A stretch of 64,000 nt of DNA from a bacterium (GTDB lineage Bacteria; Zixibacteria; MSB-5A5; WJJR01), in contig JAKAKI010000038.1 of the NCBI GenBank assembly GCA_021813505.1, positions 651 through 64,650 on the forward strand, read 5' to 3'. Below are positions 1 through 9,686 of this stretch, in pieces. How positions within the stretch are numbered: position 1 is the stretch's first letter; each line of letters begins with the position of its first letter. The notes under the pieces are model-generated. The model saw only the letters and a program-made list of their open reading frames with translations, was not told the origin of the DNA and searched no databases. Position numbers and translations under genes: made by a program.

Positions 1-1227
1 GTGCTGGCCGAGAGTCTCTTTCATCAGAGTGGAGCCAGCCATCAGATCGACCGCTTCGATCAGCGACGATGGCAGCGCCGCGATACCGCGTTTCTTGCGG
101 GTGGTCTCATCCATGTGGAAGATGTTCTCTTCGATCGGTTCCGGGAGGGTGTAGCCTTTGTCGACGCCGTCGAGACCGGCGGCGAGCATGCACGCAAACG
201 CCAGATACGGATTGCAGGCCGGATCGGCGGAGCGCAACTCGATGCGCGTCGCCTTTTCCTTGCCGACGCGGTACATCGGCACGCGGATCAAAGACGAACG
301 GTTCCGGCGTCCCCAGGAAATGTAGACCGGGGCTTCGTAGCCGACGACGAGCCGCTTGTAGGAATTGACCCACTGGTTCAAGACGAGCGTCATGGAGCGG
401 ACATGCGTGAGAATCCCGGCCATGAAGGAGCGCGCCATGGCAGAGAGGTGGTAGGGATCGCTGGGATCGAAAAAGGCATTCTTGTCACCCTTGAACAGCG
501 ACATGTGCGTGTGCATGCCGGAGCCGTTTTGCCCAGAGATCGGCTTGGGCATGAAGCTGGCATAAGCGCCGGATTCGAGCGCCAATTCCTTGACCACAAA
601 ACGGTAGAGCATGGCGAAGTCACCCATGACCAGTGCTTCCTGATAGCGCAAGTCGATTTCATGCTGCGAGGGTGCGACCTCGTGGTGTGAGCACTCGACC
701 GGAATACCGATCGCTTCGAGGGAGACGACGGCTTTCTTGCGCAGCTTGGTACCTTCGTCCACGGTGGAGTAGTCGAAGTAGCCGTCGTGATCGAGAAGCT
801 CGGTGCCGTGGGCATTGCGGAAATAGAAATACTCGATCTCGGGACCGCAATTGAAGGTGAGGCCACGGTCGGAGGCTTTCTTCAACGCGCGTTTCAACAC
901 GTTGCGCGGGTCGCCCGAATATGGCGTACCGTCGGGGTTGTAGATGTCGCAGAACATCAACGCGACCTTCTCCCCTGCGATCTCCCATGGGATCACGCGG
1001 AACGAGCGCAAGTCGGGCATCGCCATGAGGTCGGATTCCTCGATCCGGACAAAACCCTCGACGGAGGAACCATCGAAGCCCTGCCCTTCCTCGAGCACTG
1101 TGTCCATTTCACTGCGCGTGATGGACATTCCCTTCATTTGGCCGAGAATGTCGGTGAACAAAAGGCGTACATAACGGACTTTGTTAACGTCCAATAGCTC
1201 CAATACACTTTCCTTGGTTTTGACCAT
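1..1227 (-). CDS. glnA: glutamine synthetase type I, 3' end runs off window start (409 N-terminal codons present)
   Basis: Manual minus-strand translation from ATG at 1225-1227 (MVKTKESVLELLDVNKVRYVRLLFTDILGQMKGMSITRSEMD...) stays open to position 1. It shows GS hallmarks (GPEIEYF, MPKPISGQNGSGMHTHMS, NRSSLIRVP). It is absent from the ORF track only because no stop lies inside the window. Confidence 0.9.
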   Translation of the reverse strand, partial: MVKTKESVLELLDVNKVRYVRLLFTDILGQMKGMSITRSEMDTVLEEGQGFDGSSVEGFVRIEESDLMAMPDLRSFRVIPWEIAGEKVALMFCDIYNPDGTPYSGDPRNVLKRALKKASDRGLTFNCGPEIEYFYFRNAHGTELLDHDGYFDYSTVDEGTKLRKKAVVSLEAIGIPVECSHHEVAPSQHEIDLRYQEALVMGDFAMLYRFVVKELALESGAYASFMPKPISGQNGSGMHTHMSLFKGDKNAFFDPSDPYHLSAMARSFMAGILTHVRSMTLVLNQWVNSYKRLVVGYEAPVYISWGRRNRSSLIRVPMYRVGKEKATRIELRSADPACNPYLAFACMLAAGLDGVDKGYTLPEPIEENIFHMDETTRKKRGIAALPSSLIEAVDLMAGSTLMKETLGQH

Positions 1228-1711
1228 AACTGCCTCGCTTTTTTGCTTCGAACGGTTCCTGAAAAAGCCGGAAAAGAAGGGGCAAGTGGTTGGAAGTCAA
1301 TGGGAAAATGCGAGATGCCGAGACCGAACGTAAGATCTCCATGCCGAGGACGCATAAGCTATTGTTACACAAGACAATCTAGCTATTGGCCGGGTGAACG
1401 CGGCCTCCCGACCTGGGGACGTCTCGGGTTGCCGCTATATCTCATTGCAGTACAAAAGCTTCGTGGATCGGCCTCTCTGGCTTCACTTGAGATGAAGGTG
1501 CTCCTGACCACACTCGCTGTCTTTCCCGCGGAAGGGGGATACAATCGCACTCCGGCAGACTGGATCCCCGCCTTCGCGGGGATGACAACCGGGGAGCCGC
1601 TCGCGAATACTGACGGGGGAAATCTCGTGTCGCCGTACCCGACCCATTGCGAACAAGGGGCTTTCGGCCCCCTGGGTCGCGATGCTATTCCGAAGTGACT
1701 GTTGATCGGTT

Positions 1712-1745
1712 GACCAAAGAAAAGGGTGGGCAAAGCCCACCCCTA
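1712..1745 (-). terminator. intrinsic terminator-like hairpin GGGTGGGCAAAGCCCACCC followed by U-rich tract on minus-strand transcript
   Basis: Perfect 7-bp stem/5-nt loop at 1724-1743. It lies 9 nt past the stop of the stomatin-like gene (1755). The minus-strand RNA reads hairpin then UUUUCUUU. It is a member of the GGTGGGC-N3-5-GCCCACC repeat family. Confidence 0.55.
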
Positions 1746-1754
1746 CCACGGTTA

Positions 1755-2537
1755 TCAGGTCGTCTTCGGTGAGTCCTCAGCGATGTACTTCTGTGCCGCT
1801 TTGATGAATGGTGTGATCATGTCGAGCGGCAGCGGGAAGATCGTGGTGGAGTTCTTCTCCGCGGCGATTTCGGTCAGAGTTTGTAAGTAACGAAGCTGCA
1901 GAGTTGCCGGGTTTTGGCTCATGATTTGGGCGGCGGCCGCTAGTTTTTCGGCGGCCTGGTGCTCGCCTTCGGCGTGAATGACCTTGGCGCGGCGTTCGCG
2001 CTCGGCTTCGGCCTGGCGGGCGATGGCGCGCTGCATTTCGACCGGCAGATCGACGTTCTTTACCTCGACGACAGAGACCTTGATGCCCCATGGCTCAGTC
2101 TGATCGTCGATGATCTGCGCCAGCTTCTGATTGATCTTGTCGCGTGTCGAAAGGAGGTCATCAAGTTCGAACTGGCCGAGGATTGAGCGCAGTGTCGTTT
2201 GGGCGATCTGCGACGTGGCCATCATGTAGTTTTCGACGTTGACGATGGCTTTGTTCGCATCCATGACCCGGAAATAGAGGACGGCGTTGACTTTGATTGT
2301 CACGTTGTCCCGCGTGATGACGTCTTGCGGCGGAACGTCGAAGGTGATGGTCCGCAAATCGACGCGCTGCATTTTGTCGACGATCGGGATCAGGAAGATA
2401 ATCCCCGGGCCTTTGGCGCCGATCAGGCGGCCCAGCCGGAAAATCACACCGCGCTCGTACTCTTTGAGGACGCGAATGGCGTTGGCCAGGATAAACAGGG
2501 CGACGAGTACAACGGTCAATGTTCCGATTTGCGGCAT
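1755..2537 (-). CDS. SPFH/band-7 stomatin-like membrane protein (stomatin/prohibitin homolog)
   Basis: 260-aa ORF with N-terminal TM helix, SPFH core ([21 protein letters not shown]...[17 protein letters not shown]) and a coiled-coil Ala/Glu-rich C-terminus. Adjacent to an NfeD partner as in canonical operons. Confidence 0.85.
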   Translation of the reverse strand: MPQIGTLTVVLVALFILANAIRVLKEYERGVIFRLGRLIGAKGPGIIFLIPIVDKMQRVDLRTITFDVPPQDVITRDNVTIKVNAVLYFRVMDANKAIVNVENYMMATSQIAQTTLRSILGQFELDDLLSTRDKINQKLAQIIDDQTEPWGIKVSVVEVKNVDLPVEMQRAIARQAEAERERRAKVIHAEGEHQAAEKLAAAAQIMSQNPATLQLRYLQTLTEIAAEKNSTTIFPLPLDMITPFIKAAQKYIAEDSPKTT

Positions 2538-2546
2538 GCATCCCTC

Positions 2547-3827
2547 CTATTCAACAGGCTTAACTGTTAGAACCATTCCGTTCTTGGCGATGACTTGGAC
2601 TCGGGCGCCGTCGGCAACTGGCACGGTGGTGCTCGCCTGCCAGTATTCGCCGGCGACATAGATCATTCCGGTGGCGTCGAATGATGATTTGGCATGGCCG
2701 ATCTGCCCGATCAGTCCTTCGTCGCCGGTCACGGGTCTGCGGCTGCGCGCTTTGAGCGCCAGTGCCATCGCGAGGATGAAGAACGCCACGACCGTGCCGA
2801 CCATGGCGAGAATGACGGTCAGCGAAATGCGTGCGCCGGGTTCGGCAGAATCGATCAGCATGACAGACCCGATGACCATCGCAATCGCGCCCCCGATCGT
2901 CAGCAGTCCGTGACTGACGATCTTCAACTCCAGAATGAATAGCAGAATCGCGAGGCCGATCAGCGCAAGGCCGGCGTAATTGATCGGCAGCGTTTGCAGG
3001 GAATAGAATCCAAGAATCAGGCAGATGGCGCCAACAACACCGGGGAAGATCGCGCCGGGATGGTAGAGTTCCATCAGGATTCCAAGCCAGCCGATGGACA
3101 TCAGAATATAGGCAATGTTCGGATTGGTGAGCACGGACAGGACCCGCTCCCGCCAGGTCATCTCAGTGCGTTGGACATTGGCACCTTTGGTATTGAGCTT
3201 GACGTCGCCGCGCGGAAGATTGGTCGTACGGTCCTGCAGCGAATCGAGCAGGTCGTCGATGTTGCTCGCGACAAAGTTAACGACATGGGAGTCGACAGCC
3301 GCGTCGGCAGTGATCGATTCGGAGTGACGGACGGCCCGTTCGGCCCAGTCGGCGTTGCGTCCGCGGCGCAGTGCCAGGGCGCGGATATTGGCGGCCGCAT
3401 CGCTCTCGGCTTTGACCGACATGACCGAGTCCATTTTCCCTTCCAGCATCACCGGGTGAGCGGCGCCGGCATTCGTGCCAGGCGCCATGACGGCAAAGTG
3501 GGCGGAGATCAGAATGAAGATGCCGGCGGAGGTGGCGCTGGCGCCCGAGGGGGCAACGTAGACGATCACCGGGATATTGGCATTAAGGATCGACTGCGTG
3601 ATCTCCTTCGTGGTGGTCATGAGACCGCCCGGTGTGTCGAGCTCGATAATCAGCGCTTCTGCGCCGGTGTCCTCGGCGTCCTTGATCGCACCATCAATGA
3701 CCATTTGCGTGACGGGACCGATGGGTCCGTCAACTGTGATGACCTCGACAGTCGCTGCGGGTGCCGCGACGGTCTGGAGGGCGAACACCGATATCGCCCA
3801 GAGGACGACGATCATTCCCCGTTTCAT
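2547..3827 (-). CDS. NfeD-family membrane-bound ClpP-class serine protease (stomatin operon partner)
   Basis: Signal peptide MKRGMIVVLWAISVFALQ, ClpP-like domain (LIIELDTPGGLMTTTKEI...PSGASATSAGIFIL), multiple TM helices and a C-terminal OB-fold. Start chosen at internal ATG (MKRG); the ORF track start further upstream is a TTG. Confidence 0.8.
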   Translation of the reverse strand: MKRGMIVVLWAISVFALQTVAAPAATVEVITVDGPIGPVTQMVIDGAIKDAEDTGAEALIIELDTPGGLMTTTKEITQSILNANIPVIVYVAPSGASATSAGIFILISAHFAVMAPGTNAGAAHPVMLEGKMDSVMSVKAESDAAANIRALALRRGRNADWAERAVRHSESITADAAVDSHVVNFVASNIDDLLDSLQDRTTNLPRGDVKLNTKGANVQRTEMTWRERVLSVLTNPNIAYILMSIGWLGILMELYHPGAIFPGVVGAICLILGFYSLQTLPINYAGLALIGLAILLFILELKIVSHGLLTIGGAIAMVIGSVMLIDSAEPGARISLTVILAMVGTVVAFFILAMALALKARSRRPVTGDEGLIGQIGHAKSSFDATGMIYVAGEYWQASTTVPVADGARVQVIAKNGMVLTVKPVE

Positions 3828-4077
3828 GGCTGCCACGCAGGTAGAATCGGCATTTGCCGGTGGGGCGTCAACCAAAAAGGGGGGGGCAAAGTTGTGCAAT
3901 CCATCGACGATTTGGCCCTGAAAGGGGCATCTAATTCAGCCTAGGCCGGAGGGGCGTGTTGAAGAAGTCCCCTGAAGAGCAGCGGGAGTTGTGTAAGGGG
4001 GAGATTGCTTCGGCGCAAAGAGCCGCGCCTCGCAACGACATCTGACATGTCGTTGGCAATGCAAAGGCACTGTTGTC

Positions 4078-4122
4078 GTTGCGAGGAGCGTCTCCGCCGA
4101 AGGCGGAGGGAGCGACGAAGCA
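4078..4122. repeat. 45-bp conserved palindromic motif TTGCGAGGAGCGTCTCCGCCGAAGGCGGAGGGAGCGACGAAGCAA (copy 1 of 2 identical copies)
   Basis: Identical 45-mer recurs at 55909-55953. Core hairpin CTCCGCC-GAA-GGCGGAG. Embedded in a 470-bp hairpin-rich intergenic region (3900-4373). Confidence 0.8.
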
Positions 4123-4208
4123 ACCTCCCCCCTACGCAACTACCGCGACGTTGGGGACAAGTTCTTCAACAGGCCCCGGAAGCTTGGGTCGGTTTGCGCG
4201 AAAAGAGT

Positions 4209-4287
4209 CAGCCCTGAAAGGGCGATCTTACGTGTCCGCCCAGGCTTCGGCGTGGGCGCAACGGGATTAGCACGCCCTTTCAGGGTT
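4209..4287. repeat. long-range inverted repeat AGCCCTGAAAGGGCG...CGCCCTTTCAGGG enclosing a CCCAGGCTTCGGCGTGGGC hairpin
   Basis: Same architecture recurs at 10900-11020. Read directly from sequence. Confidence 0.7.
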
Positions 4288-4373
4288 ATGTCAATAAGGG
4301 TTCGTATACCCTGGGCTGCGCCTGGGGCCACCTTTTATCGCCCCTTGGGACTCTCATTCCTCACCTGACCACG

Positions 4374-5972
4374 TCATTCCTCGGCGTCAAAGACTCGCAT
4401 CCCGTCGACGAAGGTCATGGCCACGTTCGTGTCGAAGATCTTCTTCGGTGGACAGATCAGGATATTGCGGTCGAGGACGACCAGGTCGGCGAGCATGCCG
4501 GGACGGATCATACCGCGTGTCGTGGCGTCGCCGGCGGCCAGGGCGGCACCGGCGGTGAATCCCCAGATCGCCTCCCAGGGTGTCAGATGCTCTTTCGGGT
4601 ACCAAGACCCACGGCGGTCGTCGGGGCGGGAACGGTATACCGCAGCGCCGATTCCCGAAAGAGGAGCCAGCGGCTCTATGGGCGCATCGGAGCCGAAGCC
4701 CATGGGGACACCCTGATTCCAGAGTGAGCGCAATGCGAACGCCCGGCTGGCGCGCTTGCCCCAATGCTGATCGGCGTAATCACGGTCCGTGAGCAAATGG
4801 GATGGCTGCATCGAAGCGATGATACCACAGTTGCGAATCTTGTCGAGTCCGGTTTTGTCGATCAGTTGCAAGTGTTCGATTCTGGGCGGCTGCGCGTTCG
4901 GGAACCGGCTCCGATTCTTGGAGAGGACCTCGATCGCCTGCAGGACCGCGGCATCGCCAATCGCGTGGACGCACACCGAGAGACCGTGGCGGGTGGCGCG
5001 CTTCACGATCCGGTCGAATGCCGAATTCTCCAGCCGACAGACACCGAGATTCTCGCGGTCAGAGGTGTAGGGTTTCAGCATCCACGCCGTCTGGGATCCG
5101 AGGGCGCCATCGAGGAAGATTTTGACGCCACCGATCTTCAGCCAACAGTCTCCCATACCGGAGCGAAGCCGGGCAATGATGGCGGCCTCCATGTTGTCCA
5201 ATGGAATGGTCTTCCAAACGCGGAGACGCAGACGGTGCTTGTCGCGCAAACCCTGAAAGGCGCGTAGCGCGGCGGCGTCCCCCATGTCGCCGATCGCGGC
5301 GACCCCTTGGGCATGAGCGGTCTTCTGTGACGTCTCGATGAGTTGCTCCGAGCGGCGTTGCGAGAGTTTCGGAAACACCCGGAGGACTGGGCGGTAGGCT
5401 GTCTCCTGGAGGATTCCAGTGGGCTGGCCGTCGGCTCCCCGCAGGATTCTCCCCCCTTCGGGATCAGGCGTTGCGGTGGTAATTCCCGCACGCTTGAGCG
5501 CAACAGAATTGACCCACAACGAGTGCTCATCGTGGCTGAAGAAGGCGGCAGGCCGGTCCGGGAGAATCTTGTCCAGATGCTGCTTGGTCGGCCACTTCCC
5601 CCCCCAGAGGTTGACATCGAACCCGTCGCCGATCACCCAACCATGATTCCCGTGGCTTTGTGAGACATGCGCGGCGATGCGGCCGAGCGCGGCTCCCAGA
5701 GACGGTGCACCACGGAGATTCACTTTGAACAGGGTGAGTGCGAAAAAGAGAAAGTGGGTGTGGCAGTCGGAGAAGGCGGGTAAGAGCAGACGGCCCTTGA
5801 GATCGACCGGCTTTGCCCGGCGGTATTCCGTCGGTGCATCTCCCTGGCGGCCCACCCAGACGATTTCATTGCCTTTGGTGATGACTTCGCCGGCGACGGC
5901 ATCATAGGGGTCCATGGTGACGATGGAGCCGTTGAAGAAGCGGTATGAGGGGGATTTGTCACGAGTGGACAT
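4374..5972 (-). CDS. amidohydrolase-3 family metal-dependent hydrolase (YtcJ-like)
   Basis: ~530 aa with an HxH-type metal motif (FSDCHTHFLF) and the Amidohydro_3 pattern (KIFLDGALGSQTAW, VHAIGD, GSDAPIEP). Start placed at internal ATG MSTRDKSPSYRFFNGS. Confidence 0.7.
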   Translation of the reverse strand: MSTRDKSPSYRFFNGSIVTMDPYDAVAGEVITKGNEIVWVGRQGDAPTEYRRAKPVDLKGRLLLPAFSDCHTHFLFFALTLFKVNLRGAPSLGAALGRIAAHVSQSHGNHGWVIGDGFDVNLWGGKWPTKQHLDKILPDRPAAFFSHDEHSLWVNSVALKRAGITTATPDPEGGRILRGADGQPTGILQETAYRPVLRVFPKLSQRRSEQLIETSQKTAHAQGVAAIGDMGDAAALRAFQGLRDKHRLRLRVWKTIPLDNMEAAIIARLRSGMGDCWLKIGGVKIFLDGALGSQTAWMLKPYTSDRENLGVCRLENSAFDRIVKRATRHGLSVCVHAIGDAAVLQAIEVLSKNRSRFPNAQPPRIEHLQLIDKTGLDKIRNCGIIASMQPSHLLTDRDYADQHWGKRASRAFALRSLWNQGVPMGFGSDAPIEPLAPLSGIGAAVYRSRPDDRRGSWYPKEHLTPWEAIWGFTAGAALAAGDATTRGMIRPGMLADLVVLDRNILICPPKKIFDTNVAMTFVDGMRVFDAEE

Positions 5973-6137
5973 GGGGTGTCTCCGAGTTCGGGTATTACGG
6001 TTCGTTAATAAAACGTGGAAGAACGCATGCAAAGGCGTCGCCCTTTCGCCAACCCGGGCGGCCACACCGGGCCGCCCCTACCATCGTGATCGTACGTAGC
6101 GGCGGCCCTGTGTGGCCGCCCATTTGAACGCGAGATG

Positions 6138-8018
6138 TCATCTTGATGCGTTCGTTGCCAAGACGCGTACGTCTCCCTCACGCCGGGTAATGCCCTCGCG
6201 GTCGAGGGCTTCAAGAATGGGAACGGCGTATCGCCGCGACGTGTTGAGCAGATCGCGCAGTTGCGCTGCCGACATTTCTTTTGATTCGACCAGGAATGTG
6301 ACGATCGAATCCCGAATACGATCAAAAGTCAGCTTGGGGAAAACGACCCCGTCGCCAAGTTGGACGAGTTGCTCCGAGGCGATCCAGAATGCGAGGATGG
6401 CGCGCGCATTATCACTCGTAGATTCCAGTTCGGGCCGTGTCGGCGGTTGGTATCCACCGGCGTCGATGTTTTTCCAGAGCCGGTCGGCTTCGGCCTTCCA
6501 GGCCTGGGGCAATTGCGGGGTATGGTCCGGAAGGTGATAGGCTTCGCCGGTCCGCGACACACTGCCGTCTTTCAGAAGCAGGGAAGCGATCTCGCCCATG
6601 GGTTCACCGGGCATGGCGGCATGCTCCTGCCATTCTGCAAGATTGAGTCCGGGCGAGTATGAGTTCGCTTCATGCCAATTCGAGAGCGCGGTCAGTAGCC
6701 GTGATTTCGAATCCTCAAGCCATGGAGGGTAGAGAATCCAGTCACCGGCGATAATCGCTTCACGCGCTCCTATGGCAGCCGCCAGATCACGCTCGATCTC
6801 TTCGCGGTTGTATGGACCATGTCGTAAGAACCGCGAACGCGACGCATACCCGTGCTTTTGTAGCTCGGATGTGCGATAGGCTTCAATCGTACCAGTCAAA
6901 CGAGCGCGGAGACGACCGGCCAAGCCGGTGTCCTTGCGGGTTTGACGTGTGCCACCGACATCGAGAATGATGCCGCCTCCGATAGTTACACCGGGGGTCG
7001 GCCAGCGCAGAACGAAGCGGTCGCGCAGGCGGGCTTTGACCGGATGGTCGAGCCGTAATTCGCACAGTCCATGGTGGCGGGGCGGGATTTCGGATTGCTC
7101 CAATGGATACGCGGCGCCCTCAGGCTCGGCGGTTCCCACCATCACGAGAACACGGCGGCCATGTTCCAGCGGGTGTGTCGAATCGGCGAGGACATGGACA
7201 TCGGCCCACAAGCGGTCCACGGTTTCGGAATCGGAATCGAGAACCAGGCAATGACCGCGTTTCAAGTCGGCGGTCTCAATCCCGGCAAGATTGATCGCGA
7301 CCCGCTGGCCGGGCGGAGCGACTGGGACGGCGCGGCCATGTGTCTGCAGTTCGCGCACACGGACTTTCATCTCGCCGGGCACCACGACGAGCGATTGGCC
7401 GGTGGACAATTGTCCTTCCGTCAATGTTCCGGTCACGACAGCACCGCGTCCGGCGATGGTAAAAGCACGATCGATGTAGAGGCGTGGTTTCCCGATGTCC
7501 GGGCGGTGCGGCAAGGCTCCAATCAAGTCTCCAATTGCTGACTTGAGTTCTGGAATTCCCCTCCCCGAGAGCGAGTCGACTGTGATCAGGGCTGAGTCGG
7601 CCAGAAACGATCCGGCCAGGTGCTGACGGATGTCATCCCCGACCAATACCAGCCAGTCGGGATCGACCAGATCCGATTTGGTGACAACGATGATCCCGTG
7701 TGTGACACCCAGATACTGAAGAATCGCCAGATGCTCGGCCGACTGCGGCATCCAGCCGTCATCGGCCGCCACCACAAAGAGAACAAAGTCGATCGCGCCG
7801 ACGCCGGCGATCATGTTCTTTACGAATCGCTCGTGTCCGGGGACATCGACAATGCCGACGGTGTCGCCCGACGTTGTTGTCATCCAGGCGAATCCCAGGT
7901 CAATGGTCAGGCCGCGCGCTTTTTCTTCCGGGAGCCGGTCGGGATCGATTCCGGACAGGGCAATCACCAGAGATGATTTCCCATGGTCGACGTGGCCGGC
8001 GGTTCCGAGAACATACAT
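6138..8018 (-). CDS. selB: selenocysteine-specific translation elongation factor SelB
   Basis: Starts [17 protein letters not shown] (G1 box). G3/G4 motifs DVPGHERF and TKSDL. Long winged-helix C-terminal extension typical of bacterial SelB. ATG at 8016-8018 verified; the upstream 65 codons in the ORF track are an alternative-start artefact. Confidence 0.9.
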   Translation of the reverse strand: MYVLGTAGHVDHGKSSLVIALSGIDPDRLPEEKARGLTIDLGFAWMTTTSGDTVGIVDVPGHERFVKNMIAGVGAIDFVLFVVAADDGWMPQSAEHLAILQYLGVTHGIIVVTKSDLVDPDWLVLVGDDIRQHLAGSFLADSALITVDSLSGRGIPELKSAIGDLIGALPHRPDIGKPRLYIDRAFTIAGRGAVVTGTLTEGQLSTGQSLVVVPGEMKVRVRELQTHGRAVPVAPPGQRVAINLAGIETADLKRGHCLVLDSDSETVDRLWADVHVLADSTHPLEHGRRVLVMVGTAEPEGAAYPLEQSEIPPRHHGLCELRLDHPVKARLRDRFVLRWPTPGVTIGGGIILDVGGTRQTRKDTGLAGRLRARLTGTIEAYRTSELQKHGYASRSRFLRHGPYNREEIERDLAAAIGAREAIIAGDWILYPPWLEDSKSRLLTALSNWHEANSYSPGLNLAEWQEHAAMPGEPMGEIASLLLKDGSVSRTGEAYHLPDHTPQLPQAWKAEADRLWKNIDAGGYQPPTRPELESTSDNARAILAFWIASEQLVQLGDGVVFPKLTFDRIRDSIVTFLVESKEMSAAQLRDLLNTSRRYAVPILEALDREGITRREGDVRVLATNASR

Positions 8019-8252
8019 GGCGCGGAATGATACGATAAGAATGTGGCGACTGACAGAAGGAATGACGGGCCTGGCAGAATGGGCGTGTTCGAAAAGCCCG
8101 ACGACCGCTCTCAGTGTGCATTGCGGTGGCGGGGAGGGCGATCCGCCGCGGCGGACTGCCGAGCCATGTTTCCGCGCGGAAAGGAGGCTCGGCAGGAGCC
8201 TCGCCCTCCCCACTGCTGACGCGATATTAAAACCGATTGACTGAGTGTTTCA

Positions 8253-8304
8253 GCACGGGCAGGGTGCCCGTGCATTCATCGACGGTGGGCGGAGCCCGCC
8301 CTAC
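8253..8304. repeat. paired REP-like hairpins GCACGGGCAGGGTGCCCGTGC + GGTGGGCGGAGCCCGCCCTAC
   Basis: Two perfect or near-perfect palindromes between selA stop and selB start. Both families recur at 63111-63303. Confidence 0.75.
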
Positions 8305-9659
8305 AAGAAGCGGACGAGATCGGCGAAATCGCGGGGGAACATGGTGCGTACGGACAGATGGAAACGGCCATCGGAGACGGTGCCGATGATCGGCGGAGTG
8401 AACTGGCGGGCCCGGGTGGCGAGCTCGTCGGCGGATGGCGGGGGATTGAAACGGATGCCCCAGCCATCGATCGTCCTTTCGGGCGCGCTGCCGCCTCCGA
8501 ATGTGTCTTTGGTTGGCACTACTTCGACATTCCACCCTGCCTTCTGGGCCGCGTCAGCCAGATGTTCGGCGCGACTCTTCAGAAGGTCGAGCGGCATTGC
8601 CAGCATTTGGTAGAGCGGGATTGCGTCCGCGGCTTTCCCGGAGCGATGGGCGGCGACAACATACTCCAATGCGAGCAGCGCCGATTTATCCGGGCGGAGT
8701 GCACGGTAGAATGGATCGGTGCGGAGCCGCTCGACCAGCGCTGACTTGCCGATGATTATTCCGGCCTGGGGACCACCGAAGAGCTTATCGCCCGAGGCGG
8801 TGACCAGATCGACACCGGTCGCAACGGCCGCGTGGAGGGTCGGTTCCGCGCTGAATTCACACACAATGCCAGGACCGATGGCACCTGAGCCCAAGTCCCA
8901 AACTACGGGGATATTCTTGGAAGCGGCCAATGCCGCAAGTGCTTTTGGATCGACCTCGTCAACAAACCCGGACTGGATGAAATTGGAGCGATGGACCTTG
9001 AGAATCAGTGCGGTCTGGGGCCCGCAGGCTTTCTCGTAGTCGGACGCGGTGGTTTGATTCGTCGTCCCGATCTCGCGGAGGACTGCGCCGCTGCGGGCGA
9101 GAATCTCCGGGATGCGGAAGCCGCCGCCGATCTGCACCAACTCACCACGGGAGATGATCACCTCGCGGTTCCATGCCAGCGCGCTCAACACCAGATACAC
9201 CGCTGCGGCATTGTTGTTGACGACCAGGGCCGATTCGGCGCCGGCGAGTGCGGCGAGTTCGGTTTCCACCGCGCGGCCACGTTTGCCGCGCTCACCTTTC
9301 TCCAGATCGTATTCGAGCGAGACATACGACGTGAGGTTGGCGCTGACTCGCTCCAGCAGGTCATGCCCCCACGGCGCTCGTCCCAAGTTGGTGTGCAGGA
9401 GCACACCGGTGCCATTAATGACCCGTTGAGGGAACTTGCGACGGTGGCTCTCAACGCGAGCCAGGACGCCCTTGATGATGTTGGTGGCATCGGGCCAGCT
9501 CTGTGCCGAGCCGATGCGCTTGCGCAGACCGTCCAATTCGGCACGGATACAATCGAGGACAGCGGCGCGTCCTGCCGAATCGAGCACTGCCGCCAAATCC
9601 GGGTGATTCAGCAGGACTTCAACTGATGGAGGACGTGAGGATGTTGGTGGCTCGGCCAT
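8301..9659 (-). CDS. selA: L-seryl-tRNA(Sec) selenium transferase SelA
   Basis: 452 aa from MAEPPTSS. PLP-fold with a KLFGGPQAGII lysine motif and SelA-type N-terminal domain. Sits between selB and tRNA-Sec. Confidence 0.9.
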   Translation of the reverse strand: MAEPPTSSRPPSVEVLLNHPDLAAVLDSAGRAAVLDCIRAELDGLRKRIGSAQSWPDATNIIKGVLARVESHRRKFPQRVINGTGVLLHTNLGRAPWGHDLLERVSANLTSYVSLEYDLEKGERGKRGRAVETELAALAGAESALVVNNNAAAVYLVLSALAWNREVIISRGELVQIGGGFRIPEILARSGAVLREIGTTNQTTASDYEKACGPQTALILKVHRSNFIQSGFVDEVDPKALAALAASKNIPVVWDLGSGAIGPGIVCEFSAEPTLHAAVATGVDLVTASGDKLFGGPQAGIIIGKSALVERLRTDPFYRALRPDKSALLALEYVVAAHRSGKAADAIPLYQMLAMPLDLLKSRAEHLADAAQKAGWNVEVVPTKDTFGGGSAPERTIDGWGIRFNPPPSADELATRARQFTPPIIGTVSDGRFHLSVRTMFPRDFADLVRFL

Positions 9660-9686
9660 GGTCGTGAGAACATCCTTTTGAAACAA

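Noticed and set aside
787-1197. ORF 787..1197 (+) and other ORF-track entries over 1..1227
   Set aside because: Antisense or out of frame relative to the clearly recognisable glnA reading frame, which the ORF track misses only because its stop lies outside the window.
1228-1500. Glutamine riboswitch (glnA RNA motif) upstream of glnA
   Set aside because: Only scattered CGUUC/GGAAC fragments. No convincing match to the pseudoknotted consensus by eye. Left as something to scan with Rfam, not called.
1243-1733. ORFs 1243..1698 (+) and 1383..1733 (-) in the glnA leader
   Set aside because: No SD, odd composition, no homology signal. The region is better explained as a structured non-coding leader/terminator.
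3879-3886. G8 homopolymer at 3879-3886
   Set aside because: Lies upstream of the most likely NfeD start (in the TTG-extended region), so it is unlikely to be a coding phase-variation tract. Shorter than the C10 tract reported.
8019-8213. N-terminal extensions from ORF-track alternative starts (selB 8019-8213, RND 17389-17533, TolC 19852-19923, NuoE, ABC ATPase, T9SS cargo 43069-43224, ptrB 44620-44739)
   Set aside because: Family-typical N-termini, SD sequences and signal peptides begin at internal ATGs. The upstream stretches start at GTG/TTG and have no homology-like content.
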